Of a DNA stretch of 64,000 nt, positions 22,490-35,409 are shown piece by piece (positions within the stretch are counted from its first letter, which is position 1; every line of letters starts with the position of its first letter). Below the pieces are notes generated by a model, which was not told the origin of the DNA, searched no databases, and saw only the letters and a list, made by a program, of their open reading frames with translations. Location of the stretch: positions 4,378,349 to 4,442,348 of the forward strand of contig NW_003314262.1 of NCBI RefSeq assembly GCF_000143415.4, written 5' to 3'. The translations under genes were made by a program, and so were the position numbers. The stretch is from Selaginella moellendorffii (lineage: Eukaryota > Plantae > Lycopodiophyta).

Positions 22490-22993
22490 TACCCAAGAAA
22501 AGAAAAAAGCTTTCGTGTGTTCTTGTTCCACCGAAAGGCCATCTCTTCAAATGAGACAAACGCGCCAAAACAGAGCGGGCATATTCCCTGAAAGAGAAAG
22601 GGGAAATTTGGATTAGACACGCAATGACGTGGTGCCTGGTCATTCGATCCACATTGTGCTGACTCAGCAGGCCTTCCGCCCTAAAATATCAGGCATGTGC
22701 GGCGATGTGAATCGCGTCTCAGGGGCGCTGTTCATCGCGCTAGAAATCGATCGGCCGCGTCGCCAATCTCATCGCATTCCTCTCGTCTTCTCGACCTAGG
22801 AATGCCATAGCGCGCATTCTTTTTTCCCCAGCGCGGGGAGGTTTTGGTGCGAGGCGCGTCGGATTTTTTCCAGTTTCGCCGCGGTCAGCTGCTGGATCCG
22901 CGATCCACCGGCATAGTTCTTTGATTCTTTTGGAGGGGAAGGCCTTTTCTTCTTTCTCTCTGCCCAAATTCCGCTACTGCCGCTGCTGTCGAC

Positions 22994-25986
22994 ATGACAA
23001 TCACGCCAGATATCACGCTGGCCGATGGGAGCCTCGTGACTCATGGGGGAGTCTTGCTGGCCAATGTCCCGGACAACGTTACTCTCACTGTGGACTCTCA
23101 GAGTGGAGTTTTTCTCGGTGTCCAAGCTCTTGAGAAAAATTGCCGGCATGTCTTCACTCTTGGTGTTCTCGAGTAAGTTCTCGTTTTCCCTTTTCCTTGG
23201 TTTTTCGAGCTTACAAACTCGTTGTTCCTTCAGGCATCTTAGATTCTTGTGCTGCTTTCGATTTAAGTTATGGTGGATGACCCAGAGAACTGGGACTTGC
23301 GGCAGCGATGTGCCGCTGGAAACTCAATTCCTTCTCGTTGAGAGCAAGTCCAGTGATGAAGCTATCTACACGGTGTTTCTTCCGATGGTGGAAGGTGCTT
23401 TCAGGTCCTCATTGCAAGGCAGTGCCGAGAACGAGTTGGAGATCTGCCTTGAAAGTGGTAAGTGTTACTGCTTGATTTTTTTTCATTCCTGATGCGTGTA
23501 TTTATTGTTTTCTCGTTTTGTCAGGGGATCCGGCAGTGGTTTCGCTGCAGGGACTGCATACGTTGTATATCCACTCTGGTTCAAATCCATTTCAAGTTTT
23601 AAGTGATGCGATGAGGTAAGAGAACTAGTTTGAGTGAGCAACTTCTAAGCGCAAGAAGTCTATTTTGTTGCAGGGCCGTGAAATCCCATCTTCAAACTTT
23701 TTCTCTCCGGACTGAGAAGAAAGTAAGCCGTGGTGCGGCATGAACTTTGTAAAATTCTTGTGTTCTTGTTTAGCTTCCAGGAATGCTAGACTGGTTCGGC
23801 TGGTGTACGTGGGATGCATTCTACACTGATGTCTCCGCGGCTGGTGTGAGGAACGGATTGGAAAGGTTGGAATCTTAATGATTTTCAGCAAAGTTTTCTT
23901 ATCGTGACAGTATTTTGCTTTTTTTTTTTTTTCTGCAGCCTTTGTGCCGGCGGAACACCGCCTCGATTCCTGATTATAGATGATGGATGGCAGTCAGTGG
24001 CGCACGACGATCCACCCGGATCTGTGCAACAAGCTGAGACACAAGTCGTTACAAGTGGCGTGCAGTAAGCATCAAGCTATTTTTATTGGCGAGTTGACGC
24101 ATGTCTCTTTTTATGATCTCTCAGGTTTGCCAAAAGATTGACAGATATCAAGGAAAATCATAAGTTTCAAAGAAATGGAGAAAGCGGGCTTCACCACATA
24201 GTTGCTGAGGCCAAAAGCGAATACAATCTCAAGTGAGTTATACTTTCATATCTTTGGTCAGGCATGAATGCTTATTTCGTTTTGCCTTTGCAGATATATT
24301 TACGTGTGGCATGCTGTGCTGGGCTACTGGGGAGGCTTGCAGCCTGGTCTATACCAAGCAAAATTGGCGTACCCATCGATTTCCCCTGGCCTGCTACAGC
24401 ATCAACCAGATATGGCACATGACAGCCTTACCTTGCATGGTTTGGGACTTGTGGATCCAAACCATGCTTTTTCTTTCTACAACGAGCTCCACAGCTATCT
24501 TGCCAGTAGCGGCATTGACGGGGTGAAGGTTGATGTCCAGAGCATTCTGGAAACGCTTGGCGAAGGACATGGTGGCCGAGTACAGCTGACAAAGAAGTTT
24601 TACCAAGCTCTTGAAGCATCGATTGCTCGAAACTTTCCAGATAATGGCTGCATCGCCTGCATGAGCCATAACACCGACGGTTTCTACAGGTCAATTTAGT
24701 TCTGCTTCGTTGTTTTGACTTGCTGCGTTGCTTGCAGTTCAAACAAGACCGCCGTTGTTCGTGCGTCAGATGACTTTTGGCCAGCAGATCCAGCATCACA
24801 TACTATTCATATTGCTTCTGTCGCGTACAACAGTCTCTTCCTTGGGGAAGTTATGCAGCCAGACTGGGACATGTTCCAGGTGAGTTTTGTTTCGTTTGCT
24901 GTTTTTCAAACTCAAAAGTAATTGTCTCGTTTCTTCGCAATTCAGAGCTTACATCCGGCAGCAGAGTATCATGCTGCTGCTCGAGCAGTCGGGGGCTGTG
25001 GCGTTTACGTCAGGTACGTAGCAATCAATCAAACCTCATGTGAGTGTCTGATACGATGTTATTACGTTTCAGTGACAAGCCCGGGCATCACGACTTCAAT
25101 TTGCTGAAGAAGCTAGTTTTACCAGATGGCTCCGTTCTGCGAGCTCAACTCCCTGGACGGCCTACTCGTGACTGCCTCTTTTCAGATCCCACACAAGATG
25201 AGAAAAGGTAAAGAAAGAGAACTTATCAAAAAGCCTTGACATACTTTGGGGTTTTCCACAGCATTTTGAAAATATGGAACGTGAACAAGCACACGGGAGT
25301 GATAGGTGCTTTCAACTGTCAAGGTGCCGGATGGTGCAAAGAAAACAAGACCTACAGGATTCACGACGATTCTCCAATGACCGTCACGGGAAGCATCCGT
25401 GCCTGTGATGTTGAGTTCCTGGACACAGTCGTAGCAGCCGACTGGAACGGCGATGCGGTTGTTTACAGTCACAGAGCTGGTAAGTTTCTGAAAGTTACTG
25501 ACTGGAAGCTTTTCTCATGCCGATTTTCTTCCAGGCGAATTAGTTCTTCTCCCGAAAGGCACCGCAATACCAGTGAGTTTAGAGCACTTGAAGTATGAAA
25601 TCTTCACGATTGTACCAGTCAAGGTAAGGATTTTCACCACGATTTCCAGGAAAGTTTTGTTAAAACTCTTCGTTTTGCTCGCGCAGTGTATCTCGGAAGA
25701 CTTGGTGTTTGCTCCAATCGGACTTGTTAACATGTTTAACTCCGGAGGGGCGATCACGTCCCTGGATTACGCGGTCGCGGAGACCACAAACGATGGAGGT
25801 GGCAACGCAGTGACTGTGAAAATCACAGTCCGTGGATGTGGTGTGTTTGGAGCTTACTCCTCCAAGCGACCAAAATCAGTGACATTGGAATCGTCTGGAA
25901 ATCTGGTTTTTTTCTATGATTCTAACACTGGATTCGTCAAGATCGACCTTGGAGAGAGAGGAGGTGAACTCTCTATCGCAATGTAA
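22994..25986 (+). CDS. GH36 seed-imbibition protein / alkaline alpha-galactosidase (raffinose synthase family), multi-exon
   Basis: [70 protein letters not shown]. Confidence 0.93.
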
Positions 25987-26063
25987 CAGTGTTCTAGTTA
26001 CCATTTTTTTAAAAATCGAATATTCTGGAGGATCGTTTAGAAAGCGAATATTATTTAGGGCTC

Positions 26064-28286
26064 ATGCGAGGGAAGAGAGCGATCACTCTAGGTAAGCGCT
26101 CGTCGATTCTAAGGCGCTGGTTTCGATCTGATCGCCAAGAGCAGCAAAACCTCCAGGGATCTAGCCGCCGAGAACAGCAACATCAGCAGCCGCGTAGAGA
26201 ACAGGGAAATTTCGAGAGCAAGTCCAGCTTTCTAGCGGCAGTGAAGGCGTGTAGCTGCGCCAAGGATCTCCGAGAGGGCAGGCGCCTCCATTCTAGCGCT
26301 GTTGCCAATGGCCTCGTCTCGAGCATCGTCGTGGCAAATGCGCTGGTCAGTATGTTCGCGAAATGCGGCAGCCTTGCGGATTCTCGCGCCGTCTTCGACG
26401 AGATGGCGGTCCACGACGTGGTGTCCTGGAATTCGCTGATCCTGGGGTACGCAGAGATTGGCGAGCCGGAATCAGCATTGGAACTCTTCGATCGCATGAG
26501 GAGAGAGGGTTTCACGGCTGACAATCGGACCTACGTTGCGGCCCTCATGGCGTGCATTGCTCTGGGCGCACAGGAAGAGATGAAGCGGCAGCACGGGAAG
26601 AAATCTCTGGAAAGAATGGTGGTTCTAGAGAAGGGTCGAGAGATCCATGCTCAAGCTTCCAGCGCTGGCTATGGATCCAACATCTACGTTGCAAACACGC
26701 TCATCAACATGTACTCAAAGCTTGGGTGCCTTGCGGAGGCTCGAGAGGTGTTCGACCGGATTGGAAAGGAGGAGAGGAGCGTTGTGTCGTGGACCGCGAT
26801 GATGATGGGGTGTAACGAGAATGGAGACGAGCAGGAAAGTTTGGAGCTCTTTCGGCAAATGCAACGCCATGGCTGTCCTCCCAACTCTCGGACTTTTGTC
26901 GCAACGCTCATGGCCTGTGCTGGATTGGCCGAGAAAGCTGATGGGAGTGACAAGGCCGAATATCTTGAGAAGGGACGAGCGATTCATACACAAGCTGTGA
27001 AAGGTGGCTGCGGCTCGGACGTTTTCTTCGCGAGCACTTTGATCCATATGTATTGCAAGTGTGGGAGCCTGGAAGATGCTAGAGCCGCGTTCCAGCGAAT
27101 GCAGCGCTTGGACGTGGTGTCCTGGAACGCTCTCATCCTGGGACACGTTGAGAATGGCGAGAGCCAGTGTGCACTCGAGATCTTCGGCGGCATGAAGAGG
27201 ATCGAGAGACATCGCCGCTGCTCGCCGAACGCTCGGACTTTCGTTGCTGCGCTTATGGCCTGCTCCAGCCTGACTGCAAAAGAAGCTGGGAAACAGGTTG
27301 ACGGGAAGCTCGTGAAGCCGGTGAGTTTGAAGAGAGGGATGGATGTACATTCGCAAGCGGTGCAGTGTCGCTGCGAAACGGAGCTTTTCGTGGCCACCAC
27401 CTTGATCGACATGTATTCGAAGTGCGGGAGCATGGTCGAAGCCCGAAAGTGCTTCGACAAGATGCCCAGCCGCAACGTCGTTACGTGGAATTCTCTCATC
27501 CTGGGCTACGCGGAGAACGGTGACGGTGAGCAGGCCTTGCAAGCCTTCCGGCGGATGAAAGCCAACAAACGTCTCGTGCCGGACACTCGAACTTACGCTG
27601 CAGTGCTGATGGCCTGTGGCAGCATGGCGTCGCTTGAAACCGCGAGAGACGTCCATAGCGAGATTCGTGGTCTCGGGCTCGACCAAGATGGATTCATCGC
27701 CAACTGCTTGGTGGACTGCTACTGCAACTGTGGGAGCTTGGAAGAGGCAAAACAGGTTTTTGACGCGCTGGGCAGCAAGAACGTTGTCTCCTGGAGCTCG
27801 CTCATAGCAGGATACAGCCGCCACGGCCACGTAAAGCAGGCTCTCGACTTGTTCCAGACGATGCAAGACGGTGGCTTCCAGGCGGACAAGATGACCTTCA
27901 CGTCCATCCTCACGGCTTGCAGCCACGCCGGACTGGTGGAAAAAGGGAAGGAGCTGTTTGAGCTTATGGCCTCCAAGCACGGCGTGGAGCCGGACATGGA
28001 CCACTACCACTGCATGATCGATCTTCTAGGCCGCGCAAACCATCTGGAGGAGGCAGTGGCGATGGCGGAGGGAATGCCGTTTGATCCAAATGCCGTGACT
28101 TGGAAGACGGTGCTGGGGGCGTGCCAGAAGTGGAACAACGTCCGGATCGCGAGGGTGGCGTTTGAGAGGCTGCGGCAAGTTGACGAGGAGCAAGCGGCGC
28201 CGTACGTTCTCATGGCAAACATCTTTGGAAGCTCGATCTCGTCCAGCGACAAGTCTTGCTCCAACCGCTCGACGAGGAAGACTTAA
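26064..28286 (+). CDS. PLS-class PPR protein with C-terminal E domain and no DYW domain (organellar RNA editing factor type)
   Basis: Repeated P-L-S triplets (LIDMYSKCGS, NVVTWNSLI), ILTACSHAGLV, HYHCMIDLLGR, MPFDPNAVTW, YVLMANIF. Confidence 0.93.
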   Translation: MRGKRAITLGKRSSILRRWFRSDRQEQQNLQGSSRREQQHQQPRREQGNFESKSSFLAAVKACSCAKDLREGRRLHSSAVANGLVSSIVVANALVSMFAKCGSLADSRAVFDEMAVHDVVSWNSLILGYAEIGEPESALELFDRMRREGFTADNRTYVAALMACIALGAQEEMKRQHGKKSLERMVVLEKGREIHAQASSAGYGSNIYVANTLINMYSKLGCLAEAREVFDRIGKEERSVVSWTAMMMGCNENGDEQESLELFRQMQRHGCPPNSRTFVATLMACAGLAEKADGSDKAEYLEKGRAIHTQAVKGGCGSDVFFASTLIHMYCKCGSLEDARAAFQRMQRLDVVSWNALILGHVENGESQCALEIFGGMKRIERHRRCSPNARTFVAALMACSSLTAKEAGKQVDGKLVKPVSLKRGMDVHSQAVQCRCETELFVATTLIDMYSKCGSMVEARKCFDKMPSRNVVTWNSLILGYAENGDGEQALQAFRRMKANKRLVPDTRTYAAVLMACGSMASLETARDVHSEIRGLGLDQDGFIANCLVDCYCNCGSLEEAKQVFDALGSKNVVSWSSLIAGYSRHGHVKQALDLFQTMQDGGFQADKMTFTSILTACSHAGLVEKGKELFELMASKHGVEPDMDHYHCMIDLLGRANHLEEAVAMAEGMPFDPNAVTWKTVLGACQKWNNVRIARVAFERLRQVDEEQAAPYVLMANIFGSSISSSDKSCSNRSTRKT

Positions 28287-28382
28287 GGTGCTTTATTTTC
28301 CACGCAAACTGAAGTTTAATTTGATTTCTAGAAAGGTGATGCAAGAGTAACAAATCAAGTTGTCTTCGTCGGAACAGCAGTT

Positions 28383-28392
28383 CTCTATAATA
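28383..28392 (+). promoter_or_regulatory. TATA-like element (CTATAATA) conserved upstream of the P450 copies
   Basis: ctctataatatggcgatg or close variants lie ~35-45 bp before the ATG of copies A, B and D, with related motifs before C and E. Confidence 0.55.
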
Positions 28393-28426
28393 TGGCGATG
28401 GCCTGTGGATCCAGAGCATCAAATCG

Positions 28427-29943
28427 ATGGACTTGGGTGTGGCCTTGTTCCTCCTTAGCGTCGGCTTGACCATTCTCATCGGGAGAATTCTATCTTCGCA
28501 GCGGCGGCTCCCTCCAGGTCCCTTCTGTTTCCCCATTTTTGGAGCACTCTTCTCCCTCCAGGAGCCACTCCACCAGCACTTTGCGAAGATCAGCAAGAAG
28601 TATGGGCCGATTGTCTTCCTCAAGATCGGAATGGTCCCGTTTGTGGTGGTGACCGACAAGGAAATGGCAGCGCAGGTTCTTAAGGCCCACGACCTCGAGT
28701 TTGCAAGCCGGCCGGACGAAGAGTTCTTTCGGATCGTCAGCCACGACTGGAACGATCTTATCCTGGCGCCCATCGGTGATAAGTGGAAGACAATGAGGAG
28801 GATTTCTAGCACACACCTGTTTAACAACAGTACGCTAAAGGCTAGCGCAGGATTCCGGGAGTCGGAGATGAAGCATGCAGTCAAGGCCATTTTCCAGCAA
28901 TCCGGGACAACGATCAAGCTGCAAGAGGTTTTGAGCAATCTCGCGTCAAATTCACTATGCCTGGTTCTTTTTAGCAAGCGGGGGGTGGAAGTGGTGGATC
29001 TCATCCGGAACATACTCGGTCTAAGCTTGAACTTGAACATTGGAACCCTGCTTCCGGCACTCGACTGGCTGGATCTTCATGGAGTCTACAAGAAGCTCAA
29101 CACGGAGCTCGTACCTCGCCTTAAGCTCTTGCTGGAAGATCAAATCGACAAGCATCGACGTAGGAAAGATCAAGCTGGGGACACATTCGTCCCTCAGGAC
29201 TTCACCGACGTTCTTATATCTCTCGAGGACAAGGATAAGCTGTCAAACATCTCCATCTTGGCACTGCTCTCGGTAAGCATCTAGATCGTGGTCGCGATCA
29301 CTGAAAAACTCTAGTTTTGCGTCAGGACATGGTTATTGCAGGGTTGGAAACTTCACTAGTGACGCTCGAGTGGACGATGGCGGAGCTCATAAACCATCCC
29401 CAAGTCATGTCCAAGGCCCAAGACGAGATCGACAGCGTTGTAGGGAGAGCTCGCGCGGTGCAAGAGTCCGATCTTCCAAACCTTCCATACATCGAAGCCA
29501 TTGTCAAGGAATCACTGCGTCTCCACCCGGCGGTGCCACTGGGCGCTCCTCACATGAATCCCAAGCCTGTCAAGCTGGGAGGCTACACCATCCCTGGCGG
29601 CTGCAAGGTTCTCGTCAACATATGGGCCATTGGACGCGATCCCGCTCGCTGGTCCGACCCAGAAGCGTTCCAGCCGGAGCGCTTTCTCGGCTCCTCCATC
29701 TCTCCCAACGGGCAGAACTTTGACTTCCTTCCATTCTCATCGGGGAGGAGAGTTTGTGTTGGGTATCCACTCGCGATGAGATCCATCCCTTTTTTCGTGG
29801 CCAGTTTGCTCCAGGCATTCGATTGGAGTCCTGCTAACCCGAGCGGGATCGACATGGAAGAATGCACGAGAAGTACAACTATGAAGCTGAATGCTGACTT
29901 GCTTGTAAACGCGTCCATCAGGGTCGATCAAAATATAATATAA
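28427..29943 (+). CDS. Cytochrome P450, 71 clan (copy A, intact, 487 aa)
   Basis: Exons 28427-29272 and 29326-29943. TM anchor, LPPGP, I-helix AGLETS, KESLR, PERF, heme FSSGRRVCVG; single A-type intron. Confidence 0.93.
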
Positions 29944-30144
29944 AGCTTTCTATACCATGTTGATTAAATTGTTTAGCGTTGGAGATGTTTCAAATACAAT
30001 ATAAATACAAATACTAGGTGTTTAAAAGTCTAATGCTCGATGTTAATAGCAACAGCTAGTACATTACGCAATCCTGAACAGAGTAGATGTAGAAGTAGTC
30101 AAACTGTTAAAGCTCTAGGGGCCTCCTACAAGCCTCGATGGGCA

Positions 30145-30602
30145 CCCGTGTTGAGTTTCTGGACAAAGTCGCAGCGATGCGGTTGTTTACATTGAAAGTC
30201 GTTGGTTTTCTCATGCCGATTTTCTTCCAGGCGAATTACCGCAATACCAGTGAGTTTAGAGCACTTGAAGTATGAAGTCTTCACGATTGTACCAGTCAAG
30301 GTCAGCATTTTCACCAAGATCTCCCGGAAATTTTAGTTAAAACTCGTCTTTTGCTCGTACATTGAGGACCAATGTGTTTGCTCCAACTTTGTGGACCCTG
30401 CGAGTGCGTAATCCAGGGACGTGATCGCCCCTCAGGAGTTAAATATGTGATTGATGGAAGTGGCGACGTCGTGACTGAAAATCACTGTCCGTGGCTGTGA
30501 TGTGTTTGGAGATTACTCCTCCAAGCGGCTAAAATCAGTGACATTGGAATCGTCTGGAAACCTGGACTTTTTTTTCTGATTCCAAGTCATATTGCTATGT
30601 AA
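30145..30602 (+). pseudogene. Duplicated 3' fragment of the GH36 gene, containing a micro-inversion
   Basis: Matches 25405-25986 (e.g. gcaataccagtgagtttagagcacttgaagtatgaa); ~30404-30449 is the reverse complement of parental 25729-25772. Confidence 0.85.
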
Positions 30603-30684
30603 CAGTATCTTTCTTTGTTTTTTAAAAAACCCTAGCCCTAATTGACTGACGGAAACTGCTTGACACGTCGGATTTGCGTTAGCG

Positions 30685-32569
30685 TCCGATCGCCAAGAAC
30701 AGCACGATCTAGCCGCCGGGAACATAGGTCTTTCTAGGCAGTGAAGTCATGTAGCAGCGCCAAGGGTCCCCGGGACTCCATTCTAGCGCTGTTGCCAATG
30801 GCCTTGTCAGTATCTTTGCGAAATGCGGCAGCGTGGCGGATTCTCGTGCCACGACGTGGTGTCCTGGAATTCGCTGGTCCTGGGGTACGCTGAGAATGGC
30901 GAGCCGGAAGCAGCAATAGACGTCTTCGATCGCATGAAGAGAGGGTTTCACGGTTGACAATCGGACCTATGTTGCGGCCCTCATGGCGTGCATTGCTCTG
31001 GGCGCACAGGAAGAGATGAACCGGCAGCACGGGAAGCACTCTGGAAAGAATGGTGGTTCTAGAGAAGGGTCGAGAGATCCATACTCAAGCTTTCAGCGCT
31101 GGCTATAGATCCAATACCTACGTTGCAAACACGCTCATCAACATGTACTCGAAGCTTGGGTGCATTGCGGAGGCTCGAGAGGTGTTCGACCGAATTGGAA
31201 AGGAGGAGAAGAGCGTTGTGTCGTGGACCGCGATGATGATGGGGTGTAACGAGAATGGAGAGGAAACTTTGGAGCTCTGCAACGCCATGGCTGTCCTCCC
31301 AACTCTCGGACTTTTGTCGCAGCGCTCATGGCCTGTGCTGGATTGGCCGAGAAAGCTGATGGGAGTGACAAGGCCGAATATCTTGAGAAGGGACGAGCGC
31401 TTCATTCACAAGCTGTGAAAGGTGGCTGCGGCTCGGACGTTTTCTTCGCGAGCACTTTGATCCATATGTATTGCCGGGTGTGGGAGCCTGGAAGATGCTA
31501 GAGCCGCGTTCCAGCGAATGCAGCGCTTGGACGTGGTGTCCTGGAACGCTCTCATCCTGGGACACGTTGAGAATGGCGAGAACGAGCGTGCACTCGAGAT
31601 CTTAGAGGCATCGCGGAACGCTCGGACATTCGTTGCGGCGCTGATTGCATGCCCCAGCCTAGCTGCAAAAGAAGCTGGGAAACAGGTTGACGGGAGAGTT
31701 TGAAGAGAGGGATGGATGTACATTCGCAAGCGGTGCAGTGTCGCTGCGAAACGGAGCTTTTCGTGGCCACCACCTTGATCGACATGTATTTGACGTGCGG
31801 GAGCATGGAAGTGCTTCGGTAAGATGCCGAGCCGCAATATCGTTACGTGGAATTCTCTCATCCTGGGCTATGCTGAGATCGGTGACGGTGAACAGGCCTT
31901 GCAATTCTTCCGGCGGATTAAACCCAACAAACGGCTCGTGCCGGACACTCGAACTTACGCTGCAGTGCCGATGGGCTGTGGCAGCATGGCGTCGCTTGAA
32001 ACCTCGAGAGACGTCCATGGCGAGATTCGTGGCCTCAGGCTCGACCAAGATGGATTCATCGGCTTAGTGGACTGCTATTGCAACTGTGGGAGCCTGGAAG
32101 AGGCAAAACAGGCTTTTGACGCGCTGGGCACAAGAACGTTGTCTCCTGGAGCTCGCTCATAGCAGGATACAGCCGCCACGGCCACGTAAAGCAGGCTCTC
32201 GACTTGTTCCGGAAGATGTGGCTTTCACGTCCATCCTTATGCCACGCCGGACTGGTGGAAAAGAGCTGTTCGAGCTTATGGCCTCCAAGCACGGCGTGGA
32301 GCCGGACATAGACCACTACCACTGCATGATCGATCTTCTGGGGCGTGCCAACCATCTGGACGAGGCAGTGGCGAATGCCGTTTGATCCAAATGCTGTGAC
32401 TTGGAAGAGGGTGGTGGGGGCGTGCCAGAAGTGGAACAACGTCCGGATCGCGAGGGTGGCGTTTGAGAGGCTGCGGCAGGTTGACGGGGAGCAAGCGGCG
32501 CCGTACGTTCTCATGGCAAACATCTTTGGAAGCTTGATCTCGTCCAGCGACAAGTCTTGGGCCACGTGA
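30685..32569 (+). pseudogene. PPR pseudogene, tandem copy of 26064-28286
   Basis: High nucleotide similarity along the whole parent with many frameshifting deletions. Confidence 0.92.
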
Positions 32570-32977
32570 TCATGCAACCTCATATTTTATATGTTTTCTA
32601 AAATGCCTTACCATGCTGTTTGCATTCATTGGAAGGCCAGTTCCCTATAATATGGTGATGGCAGAGTGGGTGACACCAGGCACATTGGAATCCTTATTTA
32701 AATCCTGGATTGAGATAAGTTGCTTGGATATTTAAATCCTGGACCATATAAAAATGAAAACCTCCAAAAGTCATAAGTAGCAAATGATGTGATTATAGGA
32801 CGTCACGTGGCCAACATGTGCAAGGGCATCGATTTTTGCCCTGCAAGAAAGGATCACGTTACTCTTCCATGCACGCTGATGTTTTATATCTTCTGGAATC
32901 ACGAACACGAGAATCACGATGCTGTTTGCCAGTTCTCTATATATGGCGATGGCATGTTAATACAGACCAGTGAATCG

Positions 32978-34485
32978 ATGGACTTGGTTGTGGCCTTGTT
33001 CGTCCTTGGCATTGGCTTGATCACCCTGTCACTTGTCATCGGGAGAGGTGGGAGAGTTCAGGGGCTCCCTCCAGGTCCATTCTCTTTCCCCATTTTTGGA
33101 GCGCTCTTCTCCCTTGAAGAGCCACTTCATCACCACTTCACAAAGATCAGCAAAAAGTATGGGCCGATTGTCTTCCTCAAGATCGGAATCGCCCCGTTCG
33201 TGGTGGTGAACGACAACGAAATGGCAGCACAGGTTCTTAAGGTCCACGACCTCGAGTTTGTAAGCCGGCCGGACGACGAGTACTTCCGAATCGTCAGCCA
33301 GGACTGGAACGATCTCGTCTTGGCGCCCATCGGTGATAAGTGGAGGACTATGAGGAGGATTTGTAGCACACACCTGTTTAGCAATAATATGCTCAAGGCA
33401 AGTGGAGGATTCCGGGAGTCGGAGATGAAGCATACAGTCAAGTCCATTCTCCAGCAATCCGGGACAACGATCAAGCTGCAAGAGGTTTTGGGCAAGCTCT
33501 TGTCAAATTCACTATGCCTGGTTCTTTTTAGCGAGCGGGAGCTTAAAGTGGTGGATCTCATCTGAGCGTGAACATTGGAACCCTGCTTCCGGCACTCGAT
33601 GGGCTGGATCTTCATGGTGTCTACAAGAAGCTCAACGCGGAGCTCGTACCTCGCCTTAAGCTCTTGCTGGAAGATCAAATTGACAAACACCGACGCAGGA
33701 AAAATGAAGCTGGGGACAGGTTCGTCCCTCAAGACTTCACTGACGTTCTTATATCTCTGGAGGACAAGGATAAGTTGCCAGACATCTCCATTTTGGCACT
33801 ACTCTGGGTAATAAGTTTTACCAGCATCTTGTTAGTCTTAAAGCTCTCCTTTTTCCTTCTTGCGCAGGACATGATTGTTGCGGGGCTGGAAACTTCACTA
33901 GCGACGCTCGAGTGGACGATGGCGGAGCTCATAAACCATCCCCGAGTCATGTCCAAGGCTCAAGAGGAGATTGACAGCGTTGTAGGGAGAGCTCGAGCGC
34001 TGCAAGAGTCCGATCTTCCAAGCCTTCCATACGTCGAAGCCATTGTCAAGGAATCACTGCGTCTCCACCCGGCAGCCCCACTGGGACTTCCTCACGTGAA
34101 TCCCAAGCCCGTCAAGCTGGGTGGCTACACCATCCCTGGTGGCTGCAAGGTTCTCGTCAACATATGGGCCATTGGACGCGATCCCGCTCGCTGGGCCGAC
34201 CCAGAAGCGTTCCAGCCTGAGCGCTTTCTCGGCTCCTCCATATCTGTGAACGGGCAGAACTTTGATTTTCTTCCATTTTCATCTGGGAGGAGAGTTTGTC
34301 CTGGCTATCCACTGGCCATGAGATCGATCCTGTTTTTCGTGGCCAGTTTGCTCCAGGCATTCGATTGGAGTGCTGCTAACCCGGCTGGGATCGACATGGA
34401 AGAGCGTACTAGAAGTATGACAACAAAGCTCAAGGCTGACTTGCTTGTAAATGCGTCTATCAGGGTCGATCAAAATATAATATAA
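32978..34485 (+). pseudogene. Cytochrome P450 copy B (frameshift and stop)
   Basis: ~22-nt deletion after VVDLI creates TGA at 33563-33565 and a frameshift; the rest is colinear, with heme motif FSSGRRVCPG. Confidence 0.88.
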
Positions 34486-34689
34486 GCATTGAAGACCGCC
34501 TTGGCGCCTATTAACTATGCGAGATGGAACGGATGACGGGAGACCAAGACCAAGATGGCGAAGACCATGAGGGACCATGAGGGTAGGTCCCATTTTCCTT
34601 AGGACTTTATATTGATCTGAGCATGTAATAAAACAGGACATGTGATAAAACTGTTGTGCTGAGCGTGATCGTTGAGACTATGATTATGA

Positions 34690-35400
34690 ACTTCTCGCTT
34701 CAAAACTTGAATGTTGTTGACAGAGCCTTTACTTGGCTCACTGTTATTTGATCTTCAAGAGTCGGAGTTTGTTCAGCCGACAACAATACTGGACTGGTCC
34801 TTTCGTTGATGGTTTTGGTTATGTTTACATCAAGCCCATTGCCATCACAAAACATGGCAAGTATATCGATTTGTTGTTGGATTCCTTGGCTGTTATGGGT
34901 GAGCAGAAGGATCATCTAAATAGAGGATTATCCCAGCCAAGATAATCTAAGATGGTATCTGTCCCGCCATAATTGTTTCCAAACCATTAATAAACAATCC
35001 AAAAAAGTGTGGGGGAGTGTGGGCATCCCTACTGTACTCCAATGCACACTCCACTTGGACTCGATCCAAAATGTCCTTCATGGTCCTGGTGCTCATGGGC
35101 ACTCCATCACAGGCCACTGTGAGTCGATGATATTGTTCTTCTTTGACATTCTCGTAGAGTCTTTGGATGATCTTGATGAGTTCCAGAGGGATGTCAAGCT
35201 CGTGTAGACATTGGAAGAGTTTGCTATATGAGACTGGATCAAACACCTTGACAATATCAACATAACATGCATATATGGAAGTGTAACAAAGCATCTCAAG
35301 AGTGACCCTCACCATGACTAAACAAGTAATGTGGGTGGAAGCCGGCCTTTCCAGTTGCTCTACACCCTCACTACTCCGTCCATGTGACAAGTTGTTTCTC
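34690..35400 (-). mobile_element. LINE reverse-transcriptase remnant
   Basis: Degenerate RT motifs: YACYVDIVKVFD, LIKIIQRLYENV, PHFFGLFINGLE, QGIQQQIDIL...GLDVNITKT; broken frames. Confidence 0.75.
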
Positions 35401-35409
35401 AACTACCTT

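Noticed and set aside
26715-28010. 431-aa minus-strand ORF
   Set aside because: Antisense shadow of the PPR gene
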